Source: Bdellovibrionia bacterium
GTDB taxonomy: Bacteria > Bdellovibrionota > UBA1018
Direction: 5' to 3'
NCBI GenBank assembly: GCA_049424145.1
Contig: JBMSSC010000019.1
Coordinates: forward strand, 1-28,938
DNA: 28,938 nucleotides
The notes beneath the pieces are model-generated. The model searched no databases, was not told the DNA's origin, and saw nothing but the letters and a program-made list of their open reading frames with translations. A program made the position numbers and the translations under genes. This document shows positions 1-8,792 of this stretch, in pieces (within the stretch, counting starts at the first letter, position 1; each line of letters opens with the position of its first letter).

Positions 1-42
1 TTCGGAAATATTCCATCCTCCTATCGTCTGATCCTGCCCTTC

Positions 43-135
43 AAGCCCACTTTCCTCCGTTCCGTGGGTGACGGTCTGAGACACGGGGCATCTCGAACCT
101 ACGGAGGGCCAAGCGTCTATCACTTGGCCGGGCTT
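43..135 (-). ncRNA. Candidate structured RNA / 5' leader (multi-way junction) of a gene lying left of the window
   Basis: Minus-strand stems: AAGCCC/GGGCUU (135-130 with 48-43), GGCCAAGUG/CGCUUGGCC (129-121 with 115-107), CUCCGU/ACGGAG (106-101 with 60-55), GAGAUGC/GUGUCUC (94-88 with 84-78). Non-Watson-Crick positions are G-U on the minus strand only. TAAAAT (-10-like) lies at 146-141. No family recognised. Confidence 0.45.
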
Positions 136-140
136 TTTAG

Positions 141-167
141 ATTTTACTCCGAAAAAGTTTTTTGCAA
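141..167 (-). promoter_or_regulatory. Possible sigma70 promoter (TTGCAA-N15-TAAAAT)
   Basis: Minus strand has TTGCAA at 167-162 and TAAAAT at 146-141. The 15-nt spacer is shorter than ideal. The predicted start (~135) coincides with the first stem of the structured region. Confidence 0.3.
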
Positions 168-360
168 TCTCTTGCTATGACGGGAACCAGAACCCTAGCT
201 TTTAAAGAATGTCCGATTGGATAGCGTCTAGGAAAAATGAGCGAAACCGGGAAAGCCCTAAATTCCCCTTCAAGGAGAAGAGGTTTGCAGGCTAAAAAAT
301 TTGGATCAAACGGATCAGCCATGAATCCACTCATCCTCTGCTTGATCCCCAGGCCATCCT

Positions 361-2736
361 TTAGGGAGTTTTGATCCAACCTTGGTGATCCGTCCTGCGG
401 ATAGGGATGGCTAAGTCTTTGAGCCGTTCAACCACTCGAGAATGGGGATGGTGAAAGCGGTTGCCTAAGCCAACTGAAATCCAGGCTTCAGTAGGGTTCA
501 CTGCTTGGAGGAAGAGGGGATCTGAGGAAGTTTTAGACCCATGGTGGCTGATCTTCAGGATTCGAGGGGAATCCTGAAACGACGTTTTTGATTTGAGCCA
601 GGGGAGCATCTGCCGCTCTGAGGCAATCGGGGCGTCCCCGGCATTGAGATAGAAGCCCCCCTTTTTTAGTGGGATGAGAAGAGCACCCATGTGTTCATTG
701 GCGCGCGGGCGCAGAGGCGAGGTGGGAGCGCGAGTCACCTTTTTCCGCTTCGGTGAGCGAGCAGGAAGCGAGACCTGAAGGCTTGGGTACGGAAGGCAGG
801 GGTGGGTCGATGCGCTTGGGTCCGTGGGAAAAGAAAAAAGGGGAATCTTCATTTGCTGGAGGAGAGCCTGCAGTCGCTTTCCTCGTGGAGTCGTCTGCTC
901 AGGTTGGGGAGCGACAACGCATCCGATGGGTAAGAGTCGTGCGAGTCGAAAAACTCCTCCGGCATGGTCTTCGTCTAAGTGAGAAAGGGCAATCCAGTCA
1001 ATCTCATGGAGGTGGTGCTCCGAGAGGAGATCGATCCAGCGTTCGTCGGAGAGAGCATGAAAAGACCCCGTATCGATCAAGCCGCCCCATTGATTCTCAC
1101 CCCAGGGACCCAGGCCTTTTTCATGGGCTGACGTGCGCGGGGAGTGAGCCAAAACCAAGGCTGAATCCCCTTGTCCTACGTCGAGTTGGTACACGGCTTG
1201 GGCTCGAGCGGGAGGAGCAGGGGTTGAGGGGCTTGCTTTCCATGGGCTGAGCCATGAAGAGGGGCTTAAGCTCAGACTGGAATTCCATCCGGGAAAGATC
1301 TGGGTCGGTAGAACAGCGCCTAAGAGCAATCGCGTGATGGTTGTGAGGGTGGAAATCAAGAGGACGAAGCGAGTGAGTGCAGGACTCCAAAGGCGCAGCA
1401 GCGAGAGAAAACTGATTGCAGTGGCGCAGAAAGCAGCCATCCCCAACACGGAACGGGGAACGATCCAGAGGTTTCCAGGTAAAAAAGCCACTCTCATCAT
1501 GCCCTGCATGAAAAAATGAAGTCCTCCTTGAACCCCGTGATAACAAGCCATTCCTAGGCTCTCAGCTCCTAAGAGTTGAAGCAAAATCCCCAAAGCCACG
1601 ATCGGAAACACGAGGAAGCATAAAAAAGGCAAACACAGTAAGCTAATGAAGGGAGTGAAAAGCGCAAATCCCGAGGTCTCCCATGCGTCATAGAGGGCCA
1701 CAGCGCACCACGATCCCACAGCTAAGCTAACGTGCGCATTTTGCCATCTTCGGATCCAAAGGAGTCCACCCCCAACGGCTAGAAGGTAGACCATTCGCCC
1801 TGAGTGGGGAGCCGTGAATCCTAAGATCAGCATCTCAAAGATCAGATCCAGCACCAAGGCGACCCCGAGAGGAGATCCTCGTGCCCATGCAAATCCAAGT
1901 TGCGCGGCAAGGGAGCGAAGCAAGAGAATGAGCGTGGGTCGGATGAGTCCCATTCGAAACCCAGATAGGCCGGCAATCAACAGCCCGAGGCTTACGCAAA
2001 ACAGCCGGCTGAAACGAATTCCCCACTGGGTCGGACCTTGAAAACTTCTAAAGACAAAACGAAACACCGGATCCCAAAACGACGCCAGAGCATACAGGTG
2101 AATCCCAGAAACACTGGCTAAGTGAACGAAGCCCAGTTTTTTGAGCAAAGTAAGAGGAGAGTCCGGGACTTTTTCATGGAGAAAAAGACTTCTGAAGATG
2201 CCATAGGAGTCCAAGGTTGACCATCGAGAGGAAAGTCCTTCGCGGATCCTCTCGATGCGCAGGAGGATTCGCTCGAGCTTGAGTCGGATGGGGCTGGGTG
2301 TTTTCATTCGAGCCGAGGGTGAGGCCATTTGTTGATAGAGGATTTTTTTTGGACTCGTCGTTTGAAAATCGTTCACCCCTGGGGCAACCACCCGAGCAAT
2401 TGAGCCACTTGGAGTGCAGAGGGGGCTCGGATGGACCGTGCGCTGCAGGAGATCCAGGTGTTTGATCCACTCGGATTGGGAGACGCACAGAACTTCATTC
2501 GGAGAGACCTGAAATCGAGCCCAGCAGCTCTTTTTGCCTGTTCTTTGTGCAAACTGGAGCGGAGTGCAACGAGGGGGGAAGGGAGGCAAACCCATGGGCA
2601 GGGGGGGATAATCGGCTCCTGCGTGGGGACTGAGGAGAAAAAAGAAAAGCCTGAGTGGAATCATCGGGAGCGGTGTCTGAGCATAAATTAGGCCAAAAAG
2701 GCCAGCAGAAGCCGCAGAAGAGAGAGGAATCTTCAA
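361..2736 (-). CDS. comEC: ComEC/Rec2 competence DNA uptake channel with C-terminal metallo-beta-lactamase domain
   Basis: Competence domain motif HLASVSGIH and multiple TM segments; MBL motifs LDVGQGDS, LIDTG, SHLDEDH, KISHHGS, ISVGLGNRFHHP, RTDHQG. The TTG start is uncertain. Confidence 0.88.
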   Translation of the reverse strand: MKIPLSSAASAGLFGLIYAQTPLPMIPLRLFFFLLSPHAGADYPPLPMGLPPFPPRCTPLQFAQRTGKKSCWARFQVSPNEVLCVSQSEWIKHLDLLQRTVHPSPLCTPSGSIARVVAPGVNDFQTTSPKKILYQQMASPSARMKTPSPIRLKLERILLRIERIREGLSSRWSTLDSYGIFRSLFLHEKVPDSPLTLLKKLGFVHLASVSGIHLYALASFWDPVFRFVFRSFQGPTQWGIRFSRLFCVSLGLLIAGLSGFRMGLIRPTLILLLRSLAAQLGFAWARGSPLGVALVLDLIFEMLILGFTAPHSGRMVYLLAVGGGLLWIRRWQNAHVSLAVGSWCAVALYDAWETSGFALFTPFISLLCLPFLCFLVFPIVALGILLQLLGAESLGMACYHGVQGGLHFFMQGMMRVAFLPGNLWIVPRSVLGMAAFCATAISFLSLLRLWSPALTRFVLLISTLTTITRLLLGAVLPTQIFPGWNSSLSLSPSSWLSPWKASPSTPAPPARAQAVYQLDVGQGDSALVLAHSPRTSAHEKGLGPWGENQWGGLIDTGSFHALSDERWIDLLSEHHLHEIDWIALSHLDEDHAGGVFRLARLLPIGCVVAPQPEQTTPRGKRLQALLQQMKIPLFSFPTDPSASTHPCLPYPSLQVSLPARSPKRKKVTRAPTSPLRPRANEHMGALLIPLKKGGFYLNAGDAPIASERQMLPWLKSKTSFQDSPRILKISHHGSKTSSDPLFLQAVNPTEAWISVGLGNRFHHPHSRVVERLKDLAIPIRRTDHQGWIKTP

Positions 2737-2797
2737 AAGCTGATTAAAAAAAACGGTTAAATTTGCCCTTCTGCCTCAGTCATGTTACCCGTTTGGT

Positions 2798-4060
2798 ATG
2801 CAAAATAGGAGTTTCATCAAACGAATATCACTCACGCATTGGATTTTTATTAGTCTCATCGCTGGATTTGCTTTAGGGGTTTTTGCTCCCTCCTGGGTTT
2901 CCGTGATTGCGCCTTTTCGCACGCTGTTCATTCATGGGATTAAAAGTTTAATTGCACCTTTGATTTTTTCCACCCTCGTCACCGGAATTGCAGGCACAGG
3001 AAGTTTTAAGCAACTGGGGCGAATGGGGCTTAGGGCTTTCATTTATTTTGAAGTGGCCACCACGCTGGCGTTGGCTTGTGGATTATTCGTCGTCAATTGG
3101 CTGCGTCCGGGGGATGGTCTGAGTATCGGAGCCCATGTGCCTGAGGCCGTAGTTCAAGCGGCAGCCTCTAAAATCACCTTCGGGGGGTTTATTGAGCACC
3201 TTTTACCCAGTAACATTGCCGACGCCATTGTGAGAGGCGATGTGCTGCAGATCGTGGTGTTTTCCACACTCTTTGCGTTCTCGGTTCTAGCGATTGGAAA
3301 AAAAGGGGAGCCTGTGGTTGAGTTTTGTCAATCCCTCTCGGAAATCATGTTTAAGTACACCAGCTACATCATGATGCTTGCTCCTTTGGGCGTCGGGGCT
3401 GCCATGGCCACCAGTGTTGCTGAGCATGGCTGGCAAGTCATTCTGCCGCTTTTGAAGCTCGTGGGCTCACTCTATTTTGCGCTCATCTTGTTTTTAATTG
3501 TGGTGCTGGTGCCAGTGACGCAGCTTTTTAAAATCCCACTTTTTTCTTTTTTAAAACACTTAAAGGATCCACTCGTGTTGGCGTTTGCGACGACCTCAAG
3601 CGAGTCGGCTTATCCGGGGGCTTTAAATCAGTTGGAGAAGTTTGGGGTTCCCAAGCGGATTTCAAGCTTTGTGCTTCCTTTGGGTTATAGTTTTAACTTA
3701 GATGGCTCGACATTACACCTGGCACTTGCTTCCGTTTTTGTGGCTCAAGCGGCAGGGGTGGAGCTGTCGATGAGTCAGCAATTTTTAATGATGGGAACCT
3801 TAATGTTAACCAGCAAAGGAGTGGCTGCCGTTCCCCGCGCCTCAATCGTGGTGCTTTCAGGAACTCTCACAGCTTTTGGACTTCCATTAGAGGGGATTGC
3901 TTTGATCCTGGGCGTAGACGAGTTCATGGACATGGCTCGAACGGCTGTGAATCTGCTGGGTAATTGTCTAGCCACGGCTGTAGTAGCAAGGCTTGAGGGA
4001 ATCGAGCTACCCAATGAGACGGCTCAAGAAGAACCGTATCTCCTTCAGAGAGCTCAGTGA
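2798..4060 (+). CDS. Dicarboxylate/amino acid:cation symporter (GltP/DctA family)
   Basis: Family motifs AFATTSSESA, VLPLGYSFNLDGS, LTSKGVAAVPRAS, GVDEFMDMARTAVNLLGN; strongly hydrophobic. Confidence 0.93.
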   Translation: MQNRSFIKRISLTHWIFISLIAGFALGVFAPSWVSVIAPFRTLFIHGIKSLIAPLIFSTLVTGIAGTGSFKQLGRMGLRAFIYFEVATTLALACGLFVVNWLRPGDGLSIGAHVPEAVVQAAASKITFGGFIEHLLPSNIADAIVRGDVLQIVVFSTLFAFSVLAIGKKGEPVVEFCQSLSEIMFKYTSYIMMLAPLGVGAAMATSVAEHGWQVILPLLKLVGSLYFALILFLIVVLVPVTQLFKIPLFSFLKHLKDPLVLAFATTSSESAYPGALNQLEKFGVPKRISSFVLPLGYSFNLDGSTLHLALASVFVAQAAGVELSMSQQFLMMGTLMLTSKGVAAVPRASIVVLSGTLTAFGLPLEGIALILGVDEFMDMARTAVNLLGNCLATAVVARLEGIELPNETAQEEPYLLQRAQ

Positions 4061-5098
4061 TTAGGGGACCTCGGGCGTCTCCTCTAAGGAGGGGAAGTCC
4101 GGGTTAATTGTTCGAACGGCCTTCAGTCCAATGCGGTAATGCTCTTCGTCGAGCGCATCAAATGTCGGATGAGCCTGGGTTGGAGTCTGCACCTGCTGGA
4201 GTGCTCCAATCAACGAGACGCACGGAATCGAGGAGTGAGTCCACTCGACGGCCTCAATAATGATGCCTAAGACCCGAATCAGGTTCATTTTGAGTTGCTG
4301 CTGAGTGGTGATGGGGTTAAGAGCCGAGTGGATGAGTAACAGGTTGTCAAACTGTTCAGGGTGGACATACTCCAGGTTGTCGTCAATGAGTACCGAGTAG
4401 TTGAGATCTAAATCCGAGCGTTCTGGGATCTCCGCAATTCGGAGGATGTTTTTTCGATTCTCTCCGGTCGGTGAGACTTCCAGGTGGTCCTTGGATAAAA
4501 CGGCATAGGGGATTATTTTTTGAGTCAGTTTTTGCACCTCATGCATTAAGACTCGGGTGAGTGGGAGGTTTCGAGCTTCAATTCCTCCACTGAAAAAGTT
4601 GAGTCGTGCACCTTCCATTTGGCTGAGGTAGGCTAAGACCTCTAGTGCACCTGGGGCCAAGAGGTGTTCGCAAACCACTTCCTCTGTACCAATTTGAAAC
4701 TGAATTTGGATTTTGGCTTTTCCCGTCTCGGGATCCAAGAGGAGTTCATTGACGCGTTCGTGGGGTCCTAGTGTATTTGCACGTTTTAGACAACGATCGG
4801 TAAAAACCAGGGTTTCATCCAGATCAAAAACGAAGTCCAATACAGGCCGTTGCTCGGGAACAGTCCCAAGCTCTTCCCGTTCTGCATGAAGGTCGATCTG
4901 CAGATCCATCTTTTGCTTTTTTCTGGGGGGACTCGATTCGAGGCTGTTTCTTGGGGAGTGGGTGGTGCTTTTGAGCTTTTTTTCGGCCTGCTCAAGTTCC
5001 GACTTTCCTTCGGTGGGAAAGCCAAAAACAGGGCTACATGAAGTGAGCAAACCAAGCAGAGAGAGAAAGAATGGGAGGCGCCACTGAGGCTGATGCAT
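4061..5098 (-). CDS. Secreted HAD-superfamily phosphatase, FCP1/SCP (NIF)-like, paralog 1
   Basis: FVFDLDETLV (DxDxT), APGALEVL...FFSGG, RKNIL, VLIDDN. Start moved from 5194 to the ATG at 5098 (MHQPQW..., 345 aa) because GAGGGA lies 7 nt upstream and this start aligns with paralog 2 (MHTPDH). Hydrophobic signal peptide ending in VFG. Confidence 0.75.
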   Translation of the reverse strand: MHQPQWRLPFFLSLLGLLTSCSPVFGFPTEGKSELEQAEKKLKSTTHSPRNSLESSPPRKKQKMDLQIDLHAEREELGTVPEQRPVLDFVFDLDETLVFTDRCLKRANTLGPHERVNELLLDPETGKAKIQIQFQIGTEEVVCEHLLAPGALEVLAYLSQMEGARLNFFSGGIEARNLPLTRVLMHEVQKLTQKIIPYAVLSKDHLEVSPTGENRKNILRIAEIPERSDLDLNYSVLIDDNLEYVHPEQFDNLLLIHSALNPITTQQQLKMNLIRVLGIIIEAVEWTHSSIPCVSLIGALQQVQTPTQAHPTFDALDEEHYRIGLKAVRTINPDFPSLEETPEVP

Positions 5099-5249
5099 GT
5101 TGAGGTCCCTCGGGTGTTTTTTCTGAAGCCTAAGGGGGATGAGTTGGGCTTGCCTATTTGACTGTTCCCCCATTAGTGATTCTGGCATTGTCATCTCATT
5201 CTTAAGTGCCGAAAATCTTTTGCATCAGAGGTTGAATCAGGTTTCAAAG

Positions 5250-5276
5250 CCCTTCAAAAGCAGGGTTTTTGAAGGG
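5250..5276. promoter_or_regulatory. 10-7-10 inverted repeat upstream of phosphatase paralog 1 (operator or hairpin)
   Basis: CCCTTCAAAA-gcagggt-TTTTGAAGGG. Confidence 0.3.
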
Positions 5277-5532
5277 TGACTTCGCAAAAAAATCCGCTCA
5301 CACCTGAAGTAAGGCTTTCTTTCAGTGAATGAAATCTTCTAAGTCCTTATCGAATTTTTTTTCGATGCACAATGAAATTTCAGTGAAAAAAACAGTAACT
5401 GATTTGAAATAAAAATTAAGATAAGAATATTATTAAGACTCAAAACAATTTGGATTCCATAGTGAAATAGTCGGCATCGCTCGATTTGGGGGGGCTTGCC
5501 GACTCGAGCGATGAGCATGAGAGCGCATCGTC

Positions 5533-6528
5533 TTAAGAGGAGAAGTTCGGATTGATTTCTTGAATGGCCTCAAGTCCAATGCGAAAGTGCTTTTCTTCGA
5601 GTGCCTCAACCGTGGGATGGTCCTCAGTGAGAGTTTGTACTCTCTGGATCGCCTCAATCAGAGTGAGGGAGTTGGGGGACTGATCGGCTTCTTCAATGGC
5701 TTCAATGATGATCCCTAAGATGCGAATGAGGTTTCTTTGTATCTGCTGGGGCGTACTGGTGAGACTGAAAGCCGAGTGAATTCTTAAAAAATTATTGAAC
5801 TGGCCCGGGTGAATAGCGGCCCAGTTGTCATCGATGAGCACCGAAGAGTGGAGTGAGAGATCGGATCGTGCTTTGAATCTTAAGAACTTCAAGAGGTCTT
5901 TTTCGCCCTGAGGTCCAACGTCTTCACTGGATAAAACCTCATAAGCGATGGATTTGTGACTGAGTTTTTCGACCTCAGGAATTAAGACTTGAAGGAGGCG
6001 GAGGTTGCGCAAGTGAAGACCTGCACTGAAAAAGTTCAGTCGAGCGCCCTTGAGTTGGCTAAGGGTGGCTAAGACTTCCAGTGCACCCGGGGCCAAGGTA
6101 TGAGTCAGAACTCGTTGGCCTATCTGAAGATGGATGGAGTCTGTTCTTCTTTCAGGGTCAAAAATGAGTTGATTGAACTTGTGAATGGGGAAAATTGCCC
6201 TGAATTCGTCTAAGGGCAAAGGAGAACCTATGGGAAACACCAGGGTCTCATCCAGGTCAAAGACAAAATCTAAAACTCGACTTGGCGAGGGCAGCTCCAG
6301 TGAGTCCTCTTCGGCGTAAAGGTCGATCTCTAGATCCAGTTTTTGCTTTTTTTTGTAGGAGCTTGAGTCTGAAGTTAGGGAGGGGGTGGTTTCCTCTTGG
6401 TTAAGGTTTGCTAGAGGGCCCCTGGGATGGATTTGTTCCTCCTTGGGAAACCCAAACGCTGGGCCTCCTAAAGTGAGCCCAGCGAAGAGAGTGATGAAGG
6501 TTTTCAGTCGATGGTCAGGGGTGTGCAT
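5533..6528 (-). CDS. Secreted HAD-superfamily phosphatase, FCP1/SCP (NIF)-like, paralog 2
   Basis: FVFDLDETLV, LAPGALEVL...LNFFSAG, EKDLL, SVLIDDN; AGGAG 7 nt upstream of ATG; signal peptide ending in AFG; colinear with 4061-5098. Confidence 0.78.
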   Translation of the reverse strand: MHTPDHRLKTFITLFAGLTLGGPAFGFPKEEQIHPRGPLANLNQEETTPSLTSDSSSYKKKQKLDLEIDLYAEEDSLELPSPSRVLDFVFDLDETLVFPIGSPLPLDEFRAIFPIHKFNQLIFDPERRTDSIHLQIGQRVLTHTLAPGALEVLATLSQLKGARLNFFSAGLHLRNLRLLQVLIPEVEKLSHKSIAYEVLSSEDVGPQGEKDLLKFLRFKARSDLSLHSSVLIDDNWAAIHPGQFNNFLRIHSAFSLTSTPQQIQRNLIRILGIIIEAIEEADQSPNSLTLIEAIQRVQTLTEDHPTVEALEEKHFRIGLEAIQEINPNFSS

Positions 6529-6889
6529 GATATCGCTCCTATTTCGTGTTTTCTAAAATCAGGGGAGATCAAGTGGATTGAGAAACTCTGGCTGCTACCC
6601 CTTGTTTTTGTTGTGTTCTTCAGTTCACTGGTGAATTGCATCAGACCTTCCCCTCTCAGGTGAGATGAACTCGCATCGGGTCAAAAGCTTGCTTGTATCC
6701 GGTTCATTCGATTTGAATGTCAGCGGAAAACCAAAGGGCGTTGGGCCAGAGAGCGCTGGGTGTCTTAAATGGAAGAAGGTGTTTTGGGTATCAGATTTTT
6801 TTTTGATTTACAATGGTATTTTAGTTTAAAAAACTAGCAAAAAAATAGAGATTTAAAAAATATCCAATCTTCCCAAGACTTAAGATCAT

Positions 6890-8605
6890 TTAGACGCCAT
6901 GGTGAAATTGTGCGTAAACGCCCTGTTTTTCAAGAAGAGTGTCGTGATTGCCTTGCTCGATGATTTCTCCCTCGCGGATCACGAAAATGGTATGGGCATT
7001 TTGAATGGTGGAAAGTCGATGGGCGATCATCAGAGAAGTTCGGTTTTCCATGAGCTCATCGAGCGCTCGTTGAACGGCTCTCTCCGATTGATTATCTAGG
7101 CTTGAGGTGGCTTCATCCAAGACTAGAATCGGGGCCGCCTTTAAAAATGCTCGAGCAATGGAAATGCGCTGCTTTTCACCGCCTGAGAGTTTTTGACCTC
7201 GTTCCCCGATCTGCGTCTGAAATCCCTGAGGGAGGTTTTCAATGAATTCTAGAGCGTGGGCCTTGCGCGCAGCTTCTTGAATCTCTTCTTTCGTAGCACC
7301 TAATTTACCGCATCGAATATTCTCTTCAATCGTGTCATTGAATAGAAATACGTCTTGGCTCACCACAGCGATCATTTTTTGGAGATCCTCAAGCTTCAGG
7401 CCTCGGATGTCCTGGTCGTCAATGAGGATCTGACCGTCTGTGGGGTCAAAGATTCGGGGTAACAGGTGGGCTAGGGAGCTTTTGCCTGAACCACTGGGCC
7501 CCACCAGAGCAATGGCTTTTCCTTTGGGAATTTGAAAACTCACATTTTTAAGCACCCGGCGAGAGGGCTGATCCGGATACGCAAAGCTTACGTTTTTAAG
7601 CTCGATTCCCGTCTTGAGGTCTGAAATGGGTTTCGGATTTTTGGCCTCACGCAGGTTGGACTTCCACTCAAAGATCTCAAAGATGCGTTCGGAGGCCTGT
7701 GCCATCTGATGAAGCTTCATGTTGACGTCATTGAGCATTCGAATGGGGTTCATCATCAGAGCAAATGCGGTGAAAAAACCAAATAAATCTCCGGGTGTCA
7801 TTTTTCCAACAAAGACCTGACGCCCCCCATAGTAGATGATGGGAGCCAGGGCAAATGCCGTGAGCAGTTCGACTAGGGGATGAGCGATTTCCTCCAGAAG
7901 TGAAGTTTTGATTAAAAATTGAGCATAATCTTGGTTTTTTTGCTCAAACTGAGAGCGGACGTAGTTTTCCAGGCGAAATAATTTAATGATTCGAATTCCG
8001 GTAAAACCCTCTTGGAGGGTGGAAAATAGCGTTGCGTTGATCTCAAAGAGTCGCTTGAGGTAGCGTTTTAGGTTTCTTCCTGTGGCGGAGAAAACCCAAG
8101 CCAAACAGGGTGTTAAAATCATAGTGATGAGCGTGAGCTTCCAATTGGTGTGAAGGGTGTAGCCAAATAAAAACAAAAGGGTGATGGGCTCACGGATGAC
8201 GATATTGATGCAAGAGAGGCCCGAGTCAATGGATTGCGGATCACTGGCGGTGCGGGAGATGAGGGTTCCGGTGCTCTCCCTGCTGAAGTAATCGGCGGAC
8301 AGTCCTAAGAGGTGTTCAAAGATTTTATTTTTGAGTCTCTGATTGACTCGAATAATCACCACGCGCAGAGCAAAGTAGTGGCCAAAGCGAATCAAGAAGT
8401 TCAGGCAGTAAAGACCGATTAAAGAGAGGGGCAAGAGGATGAGCTGATGAGGGTCTTTTTTGATGAACAAGTCATCCAGCATGGATTTGACCAACGGAGC
8501 AGGACCCATCCGCAAGGCTCCGAGTGGAATGGCCAAGGCAGTGCTCAGCAGCAGGAGTCCTAGGTGAGGGCGAAGATAAGGTTTGAGTTTCATCAAAGCG
8601 CGCAT
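6890..8605 (-). CDS. msbA: MsbA-like ABC exporter (fused TMD-NBD), probable lipid A flippase
   Basis: Walker A GPSGSGKS, Q-loop VSQD, signature LSGGEKQR, Walker B LVLDEATSSLD, AHRLST; N-terminal multi-TM domain. Confidence 0.85.
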   Translation of the reverse strand: MRALMKLKPYLRPHLGLLLLSTALAIPLGALRMGPAPLVKSMLDDLFIKKDPHQLILLPLSLIGLYCLNFLIRFGHYFALRVVIIRVNQRLKNKIFEHLLGLSADYFSRESTGTLISRTASDPQSIDSGLSCINIVIREPITLLFLFGYTLHTNWKLTLITMILTPCLAWVFSATGRNLKRYLKRLFEINATLFSTLQEGFTGIRIIKLFRLENYVRSQFEQKNQDYAQFLIKTSLLEEIAHPLVELLTAFALAPIIYYGGRQVFVGKMTPGDLFGFFTAFALMMNPIRMLNDVNMKLHQMAQASERIFEIFEWKSNLREAKNPKPISDLKTGIELKNVSFAYPDQPSRRVLKNVSFQIPKGKAIALVGPSGSGKSSLAHLLPRIFDPTDGQILIDDQDIRGLKLEDLQKMIAVVSQDVFLFNDTIEENIRCGKLGATKEEIQEAARKAHALEFIENLPQGFQTQIGERGQKLSGGEKQRISIARAFLKAAPILVLDEATSSLDNQSERAVQRALDELMENRTSLMIAHRLSTIQNAHTIFVIREGEIIEQGNHDTLLEKQGVYAQFHHGV

Positions 8606-8738
8606 GGTGGTTTCCGTTCACAAGCAGTGGATGAGCGTTAAAGTCTCACACTCGGGCTGAGATTTCGAGCGAGAAAGCCACAGGCAAACGCTTGGGAGTC
8701 TTTTTTTACCTCCCGTGCTGCACTGGGCTTCAGGCTGG

Positions 8739-8769
8739 GAAGGGGACTCAGGGTGGGTGAGCCCCCTTC
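8739..8769 (-). terminator. GC-rich hairpin downstream of the HD gene (no U-tract; terminator or stabiliser)
   Basis: On the minus strand GAAGGGGGCUCA pairs with UGAGUCCCCUUC (12 bp, one G-U), 23 nt after the stop codon. Confidence 0.35.
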
Positions 8770-8792
8770 TTGAACTCTCCCTGTTCTTTGAG

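Noticed and set aside
1..16. CDS start ATG GAA TAT TTC CGA running off the left edge
   Set aside because: Only five codons are visible and the GGAGG abuts the ATG with zero spacing, so it cannot be supported.
30..60. RNase P RNA (rnpB), from GGAGGAAAGU..GGGCU..AGGGCAGG on the minus strand
   Set aside because: The conserved GAGGAAAGUCC lacks CC, GGGCUU has a local pairing partner, and the following sequence does not continue as RNase P helices.
8660..8700. c-di-GMP-I riboswitch-like words (AAAGCCACAGG, GGCAAAC)
   Set aside because: The elements are in the wrong order and on the strand opposite to msbA.
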